Shown: piece by piece, positions 29,949-39,922 of the stretch | Layout of the letters: the number at the start of each line of letters is the position of its first letter | How positions within the stretch are numbered: position 1 is the stretch's first letter | Origin: an uncultured Bacteroidales bacterium | Lineage (GTDB): Bacteria; Bacteroidota; Bacteroidia; Bacteroidales; ML635J-15 | DNA: 62,875 nucleotides | Assembly: GCA_964527535.1 (NCBI GenBank) | Contig: CAZGPW010000206.1 | Span: 1-62,875, forward strand | Reading direction: 5' to 3' | The notes under the pieces: model-generated | The model's input: only the letters and a program-made list of their open reading frames with translations | Told to the model about the DNA's origin: nothing | The model's database searches: none | Made by a program: the position numbers and the translations under genes

Positions 29949-30539
29949 ATGAATCTTTCTGTTCTAACAGACCAACAACTGGTAGAAGGTTTTGTTAAAG
30001 GCGAAAATAGTTACATACAGGAACTTATCAACCGCCACAAAGACAGAGTCTATACTTACATCCTGTTAATTGTCAAAAACCCACACGTTGCAGATGATCT
30101 TTTCCAGGACACCTTTATTAAGGTAATCAAATCACTGGAGAAAAGCAAATATACCGACAAAGGTAAATTTGTATCGTGGGTTATCCGCATTGCGCATAAC
30201 CTCAGCATTGACTATTTCAGGAAAAGTAAAAACCAGAACACTTATTCAAACGATGATAACGAAGTGGATGTCTTCAATTCACCAAAATATTCTGATTCCA
30301 CAAGGGAAGATCAGATGATAGACGAGCAAAAAGAAAAAGATGTTCGGTTTTTAATCGACAAACTGCCCAAAAATCAAAAACAGGTGGTTATGATGAGGCA
30401 TTACGGAAACATGAGTTTTAAAGAAATCGCTGACCAAACCGGTGTAAGTATCAATACCGCTCTGGGCCGCATGCGATATGCCCTCATCAACATGCGTAAG
30501 CTCATGGAAGAACATAACATGCATCACACCTATATGTAA
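29949..30539 (+). CDS. ECF-type RNA polymerase sigma-70 family factor
   Basis: Region 2 'DLFQDTFIKV...WVIRIAHNLSIDYFR'. Region 4 'MSFKEIADQTGVSINTALGRMRYA'. Confidence 0.85.
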   Translation: MNLSVLTDQQLVEGFVKGENSYIQELINRHKDRVYTYILLIVKNPHVADDLFQDTFIKVIKSLEKSKYTDKGKFVSWVIRIAHNLSIDYFRKSKNQNTYSNDDNEVDVFNSPKYSDSTREDQMIDEQKEKDVRFLIDKLPKNQKQVVMMRHYGNMSFKEIADQTGVSINTALGRMRYALINMRKLMEEHNMHHTYM

Positions 30540-30624
30540 TAATGCCTGCTGTAAACTATATAACGGACTAAATGAGTCTTAAAACAAGATTGAAGAAAGA
30601 AATAAGAAGTCTTTGATTTTTGAC

Positions 30625-30999
30625 ATGGAAAAAACAGGAACACATAACGAGCTAAAGGTTTATAAGTTGTCATTTGAAGCAGGGATGAAAGTTCTTGAAC
30701 TCAGCAAAAATTTTCCTTCAGAAGAAAAATCCTCACTTACTGATCCGTTAAGATGCTCTTCACGAGGCGTTTCGGGAAGAATTGCTGAGGCTTGGAGAAA
30801 AAGGCGTTATCCAAAATCTTTTGTGGCAAAATTTAATGATGCGGAAGCCAAAGCTGCAGAAACACAAGTTTGGCTTAATTACGCCCTGGAGTGTAATTAC
30901 ATTGATTTGGCTGAACACAATCCACTCTATGAAAAATATGAACACATCATTGCCATGTTAAGCACCATTTACAAAAAGCCGGAACAAAGGAAATCATGA
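30625..30999 (+). CDS. four-helix-bundle protein (23S rRNA intervening-sequence protein / Avd-like family)
   Basis: 'LKVYKLSFEAGMKVLELSKNFPSEEKSSLTDPLRCSSRGVSGRIAEAW' and 'AETQVWLNYALECNYI' fit the PF05635/TIGR02436 pattern. Tracked ORF starts at TTG 30613; first ATG is 30625. Confidence 0.75.
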   Translation: MEKTGTHNELKVYKLSFEAGMKVLELSKNFPSEEKSSLTDPLRCSSRGVSGRIAEAWRKRRYPKSFVAKFNDAEAKAAETQVWLNYALECNYIDLAEHNPLYEKYEHIIAMLSTIYKKPEQRKS

Positions 31000-31087
31000 A
31001 AATCCTTTTTGATCATATATCATCTCGCTATCGTGCTATCATGCCCTCATCAATATTTAGAATTGACATAATTTTACATCAAATGAT

Positions 31088-31534
31088 ATGCAGATAAAAC
31101 AAAATATTTTACTTATGAGATACCTTATAATCAGTATTGCTTTGTTGTTTTCATTACAGGCAATGTCACAAAAAACGCCGGAAGATATTCTTGATCCTTT
31201 TTTCAACACGTTTGATCAAAATCCGGATAAAGCCATACAATATATTTTCACTACCAACCCCTACATAGAGAAAAACCAGGATGGCATTGAACGCATTAAA
31301 GAACGACTTAACACATCCCGGAAATTACTGGGAGAATATTATGGTGAAGAACTTATAAAACTAGAAAGCGTTGGGGATTCTTTTGTGAAATACACCTACA
31401 TGCTAAAATACGACCGTCAACCAGTAAAAATTGAGATTGTGCTTTACCGCCCCAATGAGGTTTGGCTTTTATATACCATGCAATTTGATGATAAATTAAC
31501 GAAGGATTTTCAAACCCTTGATACAGGTGAATAA
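31088..31534 (+). CDS. hypothetical secreted protein
   Basis: 148 aa. Signal peptide 'MRYLIISIALLFSLQAMSQ' (alternative start 31115). Confidence 0.5.
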   Translation: MQIKQNILLMRYLIISIALLFSLQAMSQKTPEDILDPFFNTFDQNPDKAIQYIFTTNPYIEKNQDGIERIKERLNTSRKLLGEYYGEELIKLESVGDSFVKYTYMLKYDRQPVKIEIVLYRPNEVWLLYTMQFDDKLTKDFQTLDTGE

Positions 31535-31558
31535 CATTTAATATCTAGTGTCATGTCA

Positions 31559-34500
31559 CTAGCGTATCAACCTGACAACGCCACTGTATTCATTATCAAT
31601 GCCGGTTTTATCTTTAAACGTACATACCCAGCCGTATAAACCCTGATCAAGCACTCTGTCCCCTTTCAGCAGGTTTCCCTGATAGGTTCCATCCCAGGAG
31701 CCTTTTGTGCAACCATCACATCCTTCAGAATGGTCATATTCGGTTGTCTCAAACACCAATTCCCCCCATCTGTTGTAAATCTTAAGCGAAAATTCATTGG
31801 GATCAATGCCATGCCCGCACACAGAAAAACAATCGTTAAATCCATCCCTGTTTGGTGTAAAGGCTGTTGGTGCATAAAAACTGTATTCATCATCAATTTT
31901 TATCACTTTACTTATGGTATCTGCGCAATCATAAATGCTCTCCCCTATAAGGTTAATGGTGTATTCACCAATGCCACCGTAAAAATGAGTGACTTGAGTT
32001 ACAGAGTTGAAAAGAGAATCTCCATCACCAAAAAACCAATATAAACTGTCGGTGTTTTCAGTTACAGGATAAAAAGTAACCTGTGGATTCAACATGCTGA
32101 CTGCCTCGGGTTTGGTATAAAAATCCAAAACAGGCTTTGGAAAAACCCTTATCATATTTATTTTTTCCCGGACATTTTCACAACCGTGCTCATCTGTGAT
32201 TTTGAGGGTTATAGTATGATTTCCGCTATTACGAAACACATGTACGGGATGGCGTTGGTAAGTAAAGTGTTCATCTCCAAAATTCCATTCAAATTCCGCA
32301 AATTCATTTCCGGAAGTTTCACTAAAATGTACCGTAAGCGGAGAACAACCTTCTACCCTATCTGCAGTAAAACTATTTTTTGGCAGAGGCCAGACATGAA
32401 TATAAACAGAATCCTTAACAGCCGGCGTAGAGCACATATCGTTAACCCGTATCCTGTAATAACCTGATTCTGTAGGATAAAACCGGTAAGGAGAAGGAAT
32501 AATATTATCTCCATTAAGGACAATACGATAGGGACCACCATTACCTCCTGTTACATCGGTGTAAATATTTACCGGATCACCTTTGCATATACTATCGTGA
32601 TCAACATGAGTTGATACTATATTGAGTTCCGGGTATAAAAATACTGTAAATTCCTTCTTAGCTTCACAACCATTCATATCCCGTACTATCAACTTAATAT
32701 CAGTTGTTTGGGTCAAAGTGTCTATTGTAATTGCTCTGTTATTCCATACTGTATCTCCGTCAATAATGTACCGGAAATCATATTCTCCACTTCCTCCGGT
32801 TGCTGCAGGGCTGTAGTGTACCGCATCATTAATGCATATTTGTTTATTGTAAACATCTGATATTATAATAGGATCCGGCGCAGGCACAAAATTTTGAAGT
32901 TCTAAAAAACAACCATGTGCATCTGTAACAGTAATACCATGCATACCACCTCCCGCATTAATAGAGTCGGCTGTTTCACCATTATCCCACAAGTATTGAT
33001 ATGGCGGTGTTCCGCCTTGTACTCCAATCCATGAAAGCCCGTCTTCTGTGTAGGAACATGATGCAGGCTCGGCATATAGATTATAAACCAAAGGATTTGG
33101 TTGATGTACCTGATATGTCTCGCTTATAGTACAACCAATGGCATCGGTCACGGTTAAACTATGCATGCCGGCACAGATATTTTGGTGAAAATTATTGTCG
33201 GAATCCCATGAATAATCATAGGGGAGAATTCCGCCTGTTACGGTTGCAACAGCTTCACCATCACAAGCATCATAACATAAAACATCGGCAACATCTATAT
33301 CAAGCCCCAAGTATGGGCTTACAACAATTTCGGCACTTTGGGATTCCGTTCCACAGCCGTTAGCATCAGTAACTGATACCGTAAATGTAGTCGTTGTGTC
33401 AGGTTTTACCGTTAAATTGTCTTCGTTGTATCCGGCCATTCCATCCCAGTGATAATCATATGGTGGCGTTCCACCTGTGGCATCAATATGTAAATCAACT
33501 TCAGCACCCTCACAAATGCTTGTATCATCACTAAAGGTAAAACTTAATTCAGGAGGCATGGTAATATCCCATGCATCTGATGCACTGCAGCCATGATCAT
33601 CAACGACAGTAAGACTATACGTTCCCTGGTCAAGACCCGAAATATCTTCACTTGTATCTCCGGTATTCCAACTAAAATCATAAGGAGGTGTACCACTGTT
33701 TATCGTTACATCTATTTCGCCGGTAGTTTCTCCATAACACTCATTATCGGTAACAGCAGCAGCAATATCAACAGCAGGATAAACATTCACGGTAAAACTT
33801 TCAGTTTCTGTACATCCATTGTTGTCCATGACCGTAACAGTATAATTACCACTGCTGTTGATGGTGATGCTTGAGGTATCATCTCCTGTTGTCCAGGCAT
33901 ACGAAAAAGGCGCATCCCCTTCTGTAGGCACAACTTCAGCCTGGGCGTTCTCTCCGGCACATACCCCTGTATCGTATGTTAGGTCAAACTCAACATTACT
34001 GTATTGCACATCAATGGTTTCGGAATCCTCACAAGTACCAAATGAAACATTCACGGTATAGGAACCAGGTGTCAAGTCTGTAACTGTTTGTGTTGTTTGT
34101 ACAGGCGAAGTATTCCATTCAAAATCACACAATGCAGGATCAGCACCTGTCACTTCCGCAGTTGCATCAAAAGGGCCGTTACATACATCCCCGGTTGTCA
34201 CGACATCAACGGTAATATCTCCATCATCAACAATGTCAAAATCAATAATAGTGTCACCACAAGGAGCATCGTCTGTAACCGTAACAGAATAGGAACCGGC
34301 CGTAAGGTTTGTAACACTGTTTCCTGTATCACCTGTGCTCCAGTTATACGTTGGGGTTCCTGAACAAGACTGTGTAACACTTATGGTTGCTGAACCACTT
34401 TCTCCGCAAATGGCATCTGTGGTCGTCAGATCAACGATTAGATCTTCTTCAATGAAAGGGGCAGAAAATCCGTATGTACATAGTGAAGTCCCATTCAAAT

Positions 34501-35434
34501 CACTGTACCCATCCATAGCAAGAATATATTGACCCGGGGGCAGATTTTCGGAATAGGTAACCGTTCCGGTACCATTGGCACATCCATAATATGATCCGGA
34601 ATTATTTGCCGGATCACTGTATGGGCTTCCACCTACAGTTGCACAACTTGAGCCATCCCACGACCATACAGCTAACTGTATTTCAGAATCACTTAATCCG
34701 CCGGCATTAGACTCACACTCCCCGTTTTCAGCTTCAATTGTGTAAGGCTGGCTATCGCTTGCTGTTACGGTAAATTCATAAAAAATAGTATTATCACTTG
34801 TGTTCCAGCCACAATCTTCAGGAGCCTGTACCGGACCAGGGGTTGCCAGTATATTGCACCCCCCCTGCGATAATGGGACTGCTGATTCACATTCATCTTC
34901 AGGAAATTCAAGCCTCACTGAGGCAGCAATAAACAATTGTTGGGCAAGGTTGTTTTCATCCCAAATACGAATGTAAATGGTTTCCCCGGGCGTTAATCCA
35001 TTTATCTCCTCCCAATGTATCTCCCCATTCTCCATAAATCCTCCACTTGATTCAAAACAATCCAACAAGGTCAAATTTGAACAATCCGTCCCTGAATAGA
35101 CAGCCATACCGGGAGCAGAAGCATCAAGCATAGGAATATGATCTGAATTAAAGGCATGAAAAGCCATCGTATTGGTTGCTGCCGGAACCTGAAAAGTGTA
35201 CCATAAATCATTGGTTGTTCCACTGTTAAAACTGGCACATCCGGGATTAGGCCCCGTTGTTGATGGTGTAGCTGCCCCCAAATCCACTGACTCTAAAGCC
35301 ATTTCTCCACACGTGGAATATAACTCCACAGGTATATTTATTGCTGATGAACAATCATCCTGTGAAAAAGCAGGAAACATAAGAAGCACCAGAAAACTAA
35401 TTATGACAAATCTTTTCATATTAAATAAAATCAA
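31559..35434 (-). CDS. very large secreted protein with T9SS type-B (CHU_C) C-terminal domain
   Basis: Signal peptide, multiple 'GGTPPYxYxW' SprB-like repeats, a PKD-like segment. C-terminal 'APTAFTPNRDGFNDCF...IYNRWGELVFE'. Confidence 0.85.
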   Translation of the reverse strand: MILFNMKRFVIISFLVLLMFPAFSQDDCSSAINIPVELYSTCGEMALESVDLGAATPSTTGPNPGCASFNSGTTNDLWYTFQVPAATNTMAFHAFNSDHIPMLDASAPGMAVYSGTDCSNLTLLDCFESSGGFMENGEIHWEEINGLTPGETIYIRIWDENNLAQQLFIAASVRLEFPEDECESAVPLSQGGCNILATPGPVQAPEDCGWNTSDNTIFYEFTVTASDSQPYTIEAENGECESNAGGLSDSEIQLAVWSWDGSSCATVGGSPYSDPANNSGSYYGCANGTGTVTYSENLPPGQYILAMDGYSDLNGTSLCTYGFSAPFIEEDLIVDLTTTDAICGESGSATISVTQSCSGTPTYNWSTGDTGNSVTNLTAGSYSVTVTDDAPCGDTIIDFDIVDDGDITVDVVTTGDVCNGPFDATAEVTGADPALCDFEWNTSPVQTTQTVTDLTPGSYTVNVSFGTCEDSETIDVQYSNVEFDLTYDTGVCAGENAQAEVVPTEGDAPFSYAWTTGDDTSSITINSSGNYTVTVMDNNGCTETESFTVNVYPAVDIAAAVTDNECYGETTGEIDVTINSGTPPYDFSWNTGDTSEDISGLDQGTYSLTVVDDHGCSASDAWDITMPPELSFTFSDDTSICEGAEVDLHIDATGGTPPYDYHWDGMAGYNEDNLTVKPDTTTTFTVSVTDANGCGTESQSAEIVVSPYLGLDIDVADVLCYDACDGEAVATVTGGILPYDYSWDSDNNFHQNICAGMHSLTVTDAIGCTISETYQVHQPNPLVYNLYAEPASCSYTEDGLSWIGVQGGTPPYQYLWDNGETADSINAGGGMHGITVTDAHGCFLELQNFVPAPDPIIISDVYNKQICINDAVHYSPAATGGSGEYDFRYIIDGDTVWNNRAITIDTLTQTTDIKLIVRDMNGCEAKKEFTVFLYPELNIVSTHVDHDSICKGDPVNIYTDVTGGNGGPYRIVLNGDNIIPSPYRFYPTESGYYRIRVNDMCSTPAVKDSVYIHVWPLPKNSFTADRVEGCSPLTVHFSETSGNEFAEFEWNFGDEHFTYQRHPVHVFRNSGNHTITLKITDEHGCENVREKINMIRVFPKPVLDFYTKPEAVSMLNPQVTFYPVTENTDSLYWFFGDGDSLFNSVTQVTHFYGGIGEYTINLIGESIYDCADTISKVIKIDDEYSFYAPTAFTPNRDGFNDCFSVCGHGIDPNEFSLKIYNRWGELVFETTEYDHSEGCDGCTKGSWDGTYQGNLLKGDRVLDQGLYGWVCTFKDKTGIDNEYSGVVRLIR

Positions 35435-35726
35435 TTATAATTACATATTGCACCTTGTAATAACATGCAATCTACTTTTGAAGCAAATTTAACAAATATA
35501 TTTTGAAACTAAAAATATTTCTATAGCACTGGCTTTACTTGAAAACACCATTAACTGACCACACTAAAAACTATTTACCTGCAATAAAAATCTTAGATAT
35601 CTATTGATTTCTTCTAAAAAATACTAACGATAGCTGATTGTGAAAGCAAATATACCTTATATTATAAAACAAATTCATTTAAGCTTCTTTTAAAATAAAA
35701 AATATTCCTATTTTTGATTTTGTTTA

Positions 35727-35963
35727 ATGTCAGTCATAAAAAACATATTCAGGTTTTACCGTGATGGATTTCGCAACATGCCAAGATGGGGCAAACAGTT
35801 GTGGATCATCATCATATTGAAAGGCATCGTGATTTTTATTTTGATCCGGTTTTTATTTTTTCCCAATTTTTTAAAAACAGAATTCAAAACAGATCAGGAA
35901 CGAAGCGATCATATTATTGAGCAATTAACCAACAAAAAAGAAAATGACACTAATGAGCATTGA
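35727..35963 (+). CDS. small membrane protein of Bacteroidota cyd operons (DUF4492-like)
   Basis: 78 aa, one TM helix 'LWIIIILKGIVIFILIRFLFF'. Overlaps the cydA start by 20 nt. Confidence 0.6.
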   Translation: MSVIKNIFRFYRDGFRNMPRWGKQLWIIIILKGIVIFILIRFLFFPNFLKTEFKTDQERSDHIIEQLTNKKENDTNEH

Positions 35964-37524
35964 CTGGGCTTTGGTAAACTGGTCGAGAGCACAGTTTGCC
36001 CTTACAGCCATGTATCACTGGATTTTTGTTCCCATCACGCTCGGGATATTATTCATCATTGCTTTTATGGAAACCCGGTATGTGCGCACCGGCAATCCGG
36101 AATGGAAACGCATCACCAAATTCTGGATGAAGTTATTTGGGATTAATTTCGCCCTTGGAGTAGCCACCGGCCTGATACTGGAATTTGAATTCGGCACCAA
36201 CTGGTCAACCTATTCATGGTTTGTTGGCGATATTTTTGGTGCTCCCCTGGCCATCGAAGGTATCATGGCCTTTTTCATGGAATCTACATTCATTGCGGTG
36301 ATGTTTTTCGGCTGGAATAAGGTGAGCAAAAAATTTCACCTTACCGCCACCTGGTTGACAGCTCTTGGAGCCAACCTGTCAGCATTGTGGATATTGGTTG
36401 CCAATGGCTGGATGCAATTCCCTGTCGGCATGGAATTTAACCCTGATACAGCACGCAATGAAATGGTCAATTTTTGGGAAGTGTTTCTCAGTCCGGTTGC
36501 CATCAATAAATTTCTGCATACCATAACCAGCGGGTATGTACTGGCTTCCATTTTTGTTATTGGCGTGTCCAGTTGGTTTTTGCTGAAAAAACGGGAACAA
36601 ATGATGGCAAAAAAGAGCATCATCATCGCCTCTGTGTTTGGTTTTATTTCATTGCTGGCAGTTATCTTCACCGGGCACGGCTCCGCTCAGCAAGTGGCTG
36701 AAAAACAACCCATGAAACTGGCAGCCATGGAAGGGTTATATGAAGGAAAACAAGAGGCTGACCTGATTGGGATCGGCATTCTTAATCATAAAAAAGAGAT
36801 CAACGACGAACAAAAGCCAATGCATTTTCAACTGGCTTTTCCAAAATTGCTGTCCTGGCTCAGCTTTGGAGATACAGAGGCTTTCGTTCCCGGCATTGAG
36901 GATCTGATCAATGGTAATGAATCTCAGGGAATAATGCCTGCAAAAGAACGGATGACCCGCGGCGATACTGCCATTCAGGCATTAAAAACGTACAAGAAGG
37001 CTCAAAAATCCGGCGATGAAGCTACTGCTGCAGCCAACCTTGATGTTTTCAGAGCTCATTACGATCATTTCGGATATGGCTACATTGAAAAGGAAAAAGA
37101 CCTGATACCACATGTGCCGTTGGTTTTTTACAGTTTTCATTATATGGTAGCCACCGGATTTCTTTATCTCTTGCTGTTTCTGGTATTTTTGTGGCTGGCT
37201 TACACAAATAAAATCGAAACCATAAAATGGCGAAAACCATTATTTATCCTTGGAATTGCAGCCATACCAATGGTTTTTATCACCAGCGAAGCAGGCTGGA
37301 TTGTGGTGGAAGTAGGACGGCAACCCTGGGTAGTTCAGGATTTGATGCCCGTCTCAGCCGGGGTTACCAATATTTCATCCAATTCCGTGCAATTAACCTT
37401 CTGGATATTTGCTGTCATTTTTACAGCTTTATTGATAGCGGAATTAAATATCATGTTCAGGGCAATTAAAAAAGGCCCGGCAAAACCACAGGTTGAATCT
37501 AAAAACGGGGAGGACAAATCATGA
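35944..37524 (+). CDS. cydA: cytochrome bd ubiquinol oxidase subunit I
   Basis: 'SRAQFALTAMYHWIFVP' N-terminus and the hallmark 'EAGWIVVEVGRQPWVVQDLM'. Confidence 0.93.
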   Translation: MTLMSIDWALVNWSRAQFALTAMYHWIFVPITLGILFIIAFMETRYVRTGNPEWKRITKFWMKLFGINFALGVATGLILEFEFGTNWSTYSWFVGDIFGAPLAIEGIMAFFMESTFIAVMFFGWNKVSKKFHLTATWLTALGANLSALWILVANGWMQFPVGMEFNPDTARNEMVNFWEVFLSPVAINKFLHTITSGYVLASIFVIGVSSWFLLKKREQMMAKKSIIIASVFGFISLLAVIFTGHGSAQQVAEKQPMKLAAMEGLYEGKQEADLIGIGILNHKKEINDEQKPMHFQLAFPKLLSWLSFGDTEAFVPGIEDLINGNESQGIMPAKERMTRGDTAIQALKTYKKAQKSGDEATAAANLDVFRAHYDHFGYGYIEKEKDLIPHVPLVFYSFHYMVATGFLYLLLFLVFLWLAYTNKIETIKWRKPLFILGIAAIPMVFITSEAGWIVVEVGRQPWVVQDLMPVSAGVTNISSNSVQLTFWIFAVIFTALLIAELNIMFRAIKKGPAKPQVESKNGEDKS

Positions 37525-38675
37525 TACACACAGCTATTTCATACCTGGCACTTCAACAATACTGGTGGGCTATAATCGCTTTACTGGGTGGATTGCTTGT
37601 CTTCTTACTTTTTGTACAGGGTGGGCAATCATTGATTTTCAACCTGAAAAAAAACGAATCTGAACAAAACATGCTGCTGAACACTACCGGCCGCAAATGG
37701 GAAACTACATTCACCACACTCGTGACTTTTGGAGGTGCGTTTTTTGCATCGTTTCCGCTTTTTTATGCTACCAGCTTTGGCGGTGCATACTGGTTGTGGG
37801 TTGCCATATTGCTCTCATTTACCATTCAGGCCTTCAGCTATGAATACAGAACCAAATCAGGTAATATTTATGGCAAAAAGTTTTTTAACCTGCTCCTGTG
37901 GATTAACGGCATGTTTGGTCCTTTCCTCCTGGGCGTTGCTGTAGGAAGCTTTTTCAATGGCTCCGATTTTCTGATTGTTGACAGCAACATCAGGGAATCG
38001 TTCTGGCAAAACAACTGGCATGGCCTTGAAACACTGGCAAACTGGCACAACCTTGCACTTGGTTTTACCGTGCTGTTTTTATCACGTACTTCCGGGATTC
38101 TCTACGTTATGCACACCATTGATGACAACAGCCTGATGGCTAAAGCCAAAAAACAATTATGGTACAATGCCGTTCCTTTTGTTGTTTTCTTTTTAATTTT
38201 CACAATTGGATTGTTGCTTAAATCTGGTTTTGCAGTGAACCCCGATACCGGGAATGTATTCATGGAAAAACACAAGTACCTGCACAATTTTATTGACATG
38301 CCTGTGATATCAATATTGTTTCTGGCTGGTGCCGGCGCAGTAATTACAGGTATAATCAGAGCGCTGATGAAAAAGACCGGAGATGACAAGGCTTTTTGGA
38401 TCACCGGGCCGGGCATCGTTTTGGTGGTGATGAGTTTATTTTTTGTCGCCGGTTTTAACAATACAGCGTTTTATCCTTCGTCTTTTGATATAAACTCATC
38501 GCTGACAATACAAAATGCTTCGTCAAGCGAATTTACCCTGAAAACCATGGCCATTGTTTCATTGCTGATACCATTTGTTGTTGGATACATTGTCATCGCC
38601 TGGCGATCCATCAATAAAAATAAAATCAATAAAGAAGAAATCACAGATACGGATAAAGAAAACCACATCTATTAA
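37521..38675 (+). CDS. cydB: cytochrome bd ubiquinol oxidase subunit II
   Basis: 384-aa polytopic protein. ATGA start/stop overlap with cydA. N-terminal 'LQQYWWAIIALLGGLLVFLLFVQGG'. Confidence 0.9.
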   Translation: MIHTAISYLALQQYWWAIIALLGGLLVFLLFVQGGQSLIFNLKKNESEQNMLLNTTGRKWETTFTTLVTFGGAFFASFPLFYATSFGGAYWLWVAILLSFTIQAFSYEYRTKSGNIYGKKFFNLLLWINGMFGPFLLGVAVGSFFNGSDFLIVDSNIRESFWQNNWHGLETLANWHNLALGFTVLFLSRTSGILYVMHTIDDNSLMAKAKKQLWYNAVPFVVFFLIFTIGLLLKSGFAVNPDTGNVFMEKHKYLHNFIDMPVISILFLAGAGAVITGIIRALMKKTGDDKAFWITGPGIVLVVMSLFFVAGFNNTAFYPSSFDINSSLTIQNASSSEFTLKTMAIVSLLIPFVVGYIVIAWRSINKNKINKEEITDTDKENHIY

Positions 38676-38686
38676 CACCGGAAATC

Positions 38687-38836
38687 ATGAAATACGCATA
38701 TGAAATTATTTCGTTGGTCTGTTGGCCGGTACTTATTTACATAACTTATTTCATTTCAATGAAATTGATCAACAGATTTGAAAAAAACAACAAAGCAAAA
38801 ATTAACAATAAACCGAATAACACCTCAGCATCATGA
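38687..38836 (+). CDS. unannotated 49-aa single-TM ORF downstream of cydB
   Basis: Hand translation: MKYAYEIISLVCWPVLIYITYFISMKLINRFEKNNKAKINNKPNNTSAS. Starts 11 nt after the cydB stop. Its TGA overlaps the ATG of the next gene (ATGA at 38833-38836). Below the 60-aa track cutoff. Confidence 0.5.
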   Translation: MKYAYEIISLVCWPVLIYITYFISMKLINRFEKNNKAKINNKPNNTSAS

Positions 38837-39219
38837 AAATAAAACCTTTCATACTTTTTGGATTTGTCTTTTTGCTTGTTGTGACAACCGGATGCAACCG
38901 TAAATTGCCATGTGAACGCATTACTTCCGATGAAAATTATTATCGCGCAAGCGGTATGGCGTTCAGCCAAAGACGGGATCTGGCGGAAGAAAAAGCACTG
39001 AATGTTGCTAAAAAAAACCTGGTAAAAGAAATTGCCCGGGATTTAAACAAAAAAACCGGCATGAGTGAACAATTGCTACTGGACAGCCTGAAAAAAGGAA
39101 TAAAAATACACGATCTGGAAATGGTTTGCAAACACAATGATAAGCACAAAGGATCATTTCGCTGCAGCCTGGCAATAGAAATGGCTGTGAAAGAATTCAG
39201 TGACTTGGGGAATAAGTAG
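38833..39219 (+). CDS. putative lipoprotein
   Basis: Signal peptide with lipobox 'VVTTGC'. 128 aa, no catalytic motif. Confidence 0.55.
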   Translation: MKIKPFILFGFVFLLVVTTGCNRKLPCERITSDENYYRASGMAFSQRRDLAEEKALNVAKKNLVKEIARDLNKKTGMSEQLLLDSLKKGIKIHDLEMVCKHNDKHKGSFRCSLAIEMAVKEFSDLGNK

Positions 39220-39477
39220 TGCATCTAAAAAAACGCTTGTTTTTTGTTAGTGGCGTAATAAATTCCGTTGGTATTTATATAATCCCATCACTCAATCTGG
39301 TACTAAGACAAATGCTTATGGCACAGTTTTATACCACGTTGTACTGCGCTGTTGTAATGGCTAAAACGAAGTAATTATCAGCGAAGTTTGCCCCTGGAGA
39401 TTTAAGCTTATACAAGAAAAATTTCAGAGAAATATTATTTTTTTTGAAATGATTGTTGTTAATAATAAAAATAACAA

Positions 39478-39485
39478 TACCTTTG
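39478..39485 (+). promoter_or_regulatory. possible -7 promoter box (TACCTTTG) for the ribosomal super-operon
   Basis: Exact TAnnTTTG match 48 nt upstream of the rpsL ATG. Confidence 0.35.
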
Positions 39486-39532
39486 CAGTCCAATTTGAAA
39501 AATAGTTTTTGTTTAATAACAACATTTAAGTT

Positions 39533-39907
39533 ATGCCAACAATACAGCAATTAGTCCGTAAAGGAAGAAAACGTCAGGTGGAAAAAAGCAAATCACCTGC
39601 CCTGGGTTCTTGTCCCCAACGCAGAGGTGTATGTACCAGGGTATATACAACCACCCCGAAGAAACCAAATTCCGCCATGCGTAAAGTAGCAAGGGTTCGT
39701 TTAACCAATGGGAAGGAAGTCAATGCCTATATCCCAGGAGAAGGCCATAATTTACAGGAACACTCCATTGTGTTGATCCGCGGGGGACGTGTTAAAGACC
39801 TGCCTGGTGTACGTTATCATATCGTACGGGGAGCACTTGACACTTCAGGTGTAGAAGGAAGAACGCAAAAACGCTCAAAATACGGTACTAAAAAACCCAA
39901 AAAATAA
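39533..39907 (+). CDS. rpsL: 30S ribosomal protein S12
   Basis: '[12 protein letters not shown]...[10 protein letters not shown]'. Confidence 0.97.
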   Translation: MPTIQQLVRKGRKRQVEKSKSPALGSCPQRRGVCTRVYTTTPKKPNSAMRKVARVRLTNGKEVNAYIPGEGHNLQEHSIVLIRGGRVKDLPGVRYHIVRGALDTSGVEGRTQKRSKYGTKKPKK

Positions 39908-39922
39908 GAAACGGTTATTATT

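Noticed and set aside
30613-30999. Diversity-generating retroelement (because of the Avd-like gene)
   Set aside because: No reverse transcriptase ORF and no template/variable repeat pair were detectable anywhere in the window.
39340-39410. Weak resemblance of 'gtactgcgctgttgtaatgg...cgaagt...gcgaagtttgcccctgg' upstream of rpsL to the 26.4-kb repeat words
   Set aside because: Only short words of 6-8 nt are shared. This cannot be distinguished from chance without a genome-wide model.
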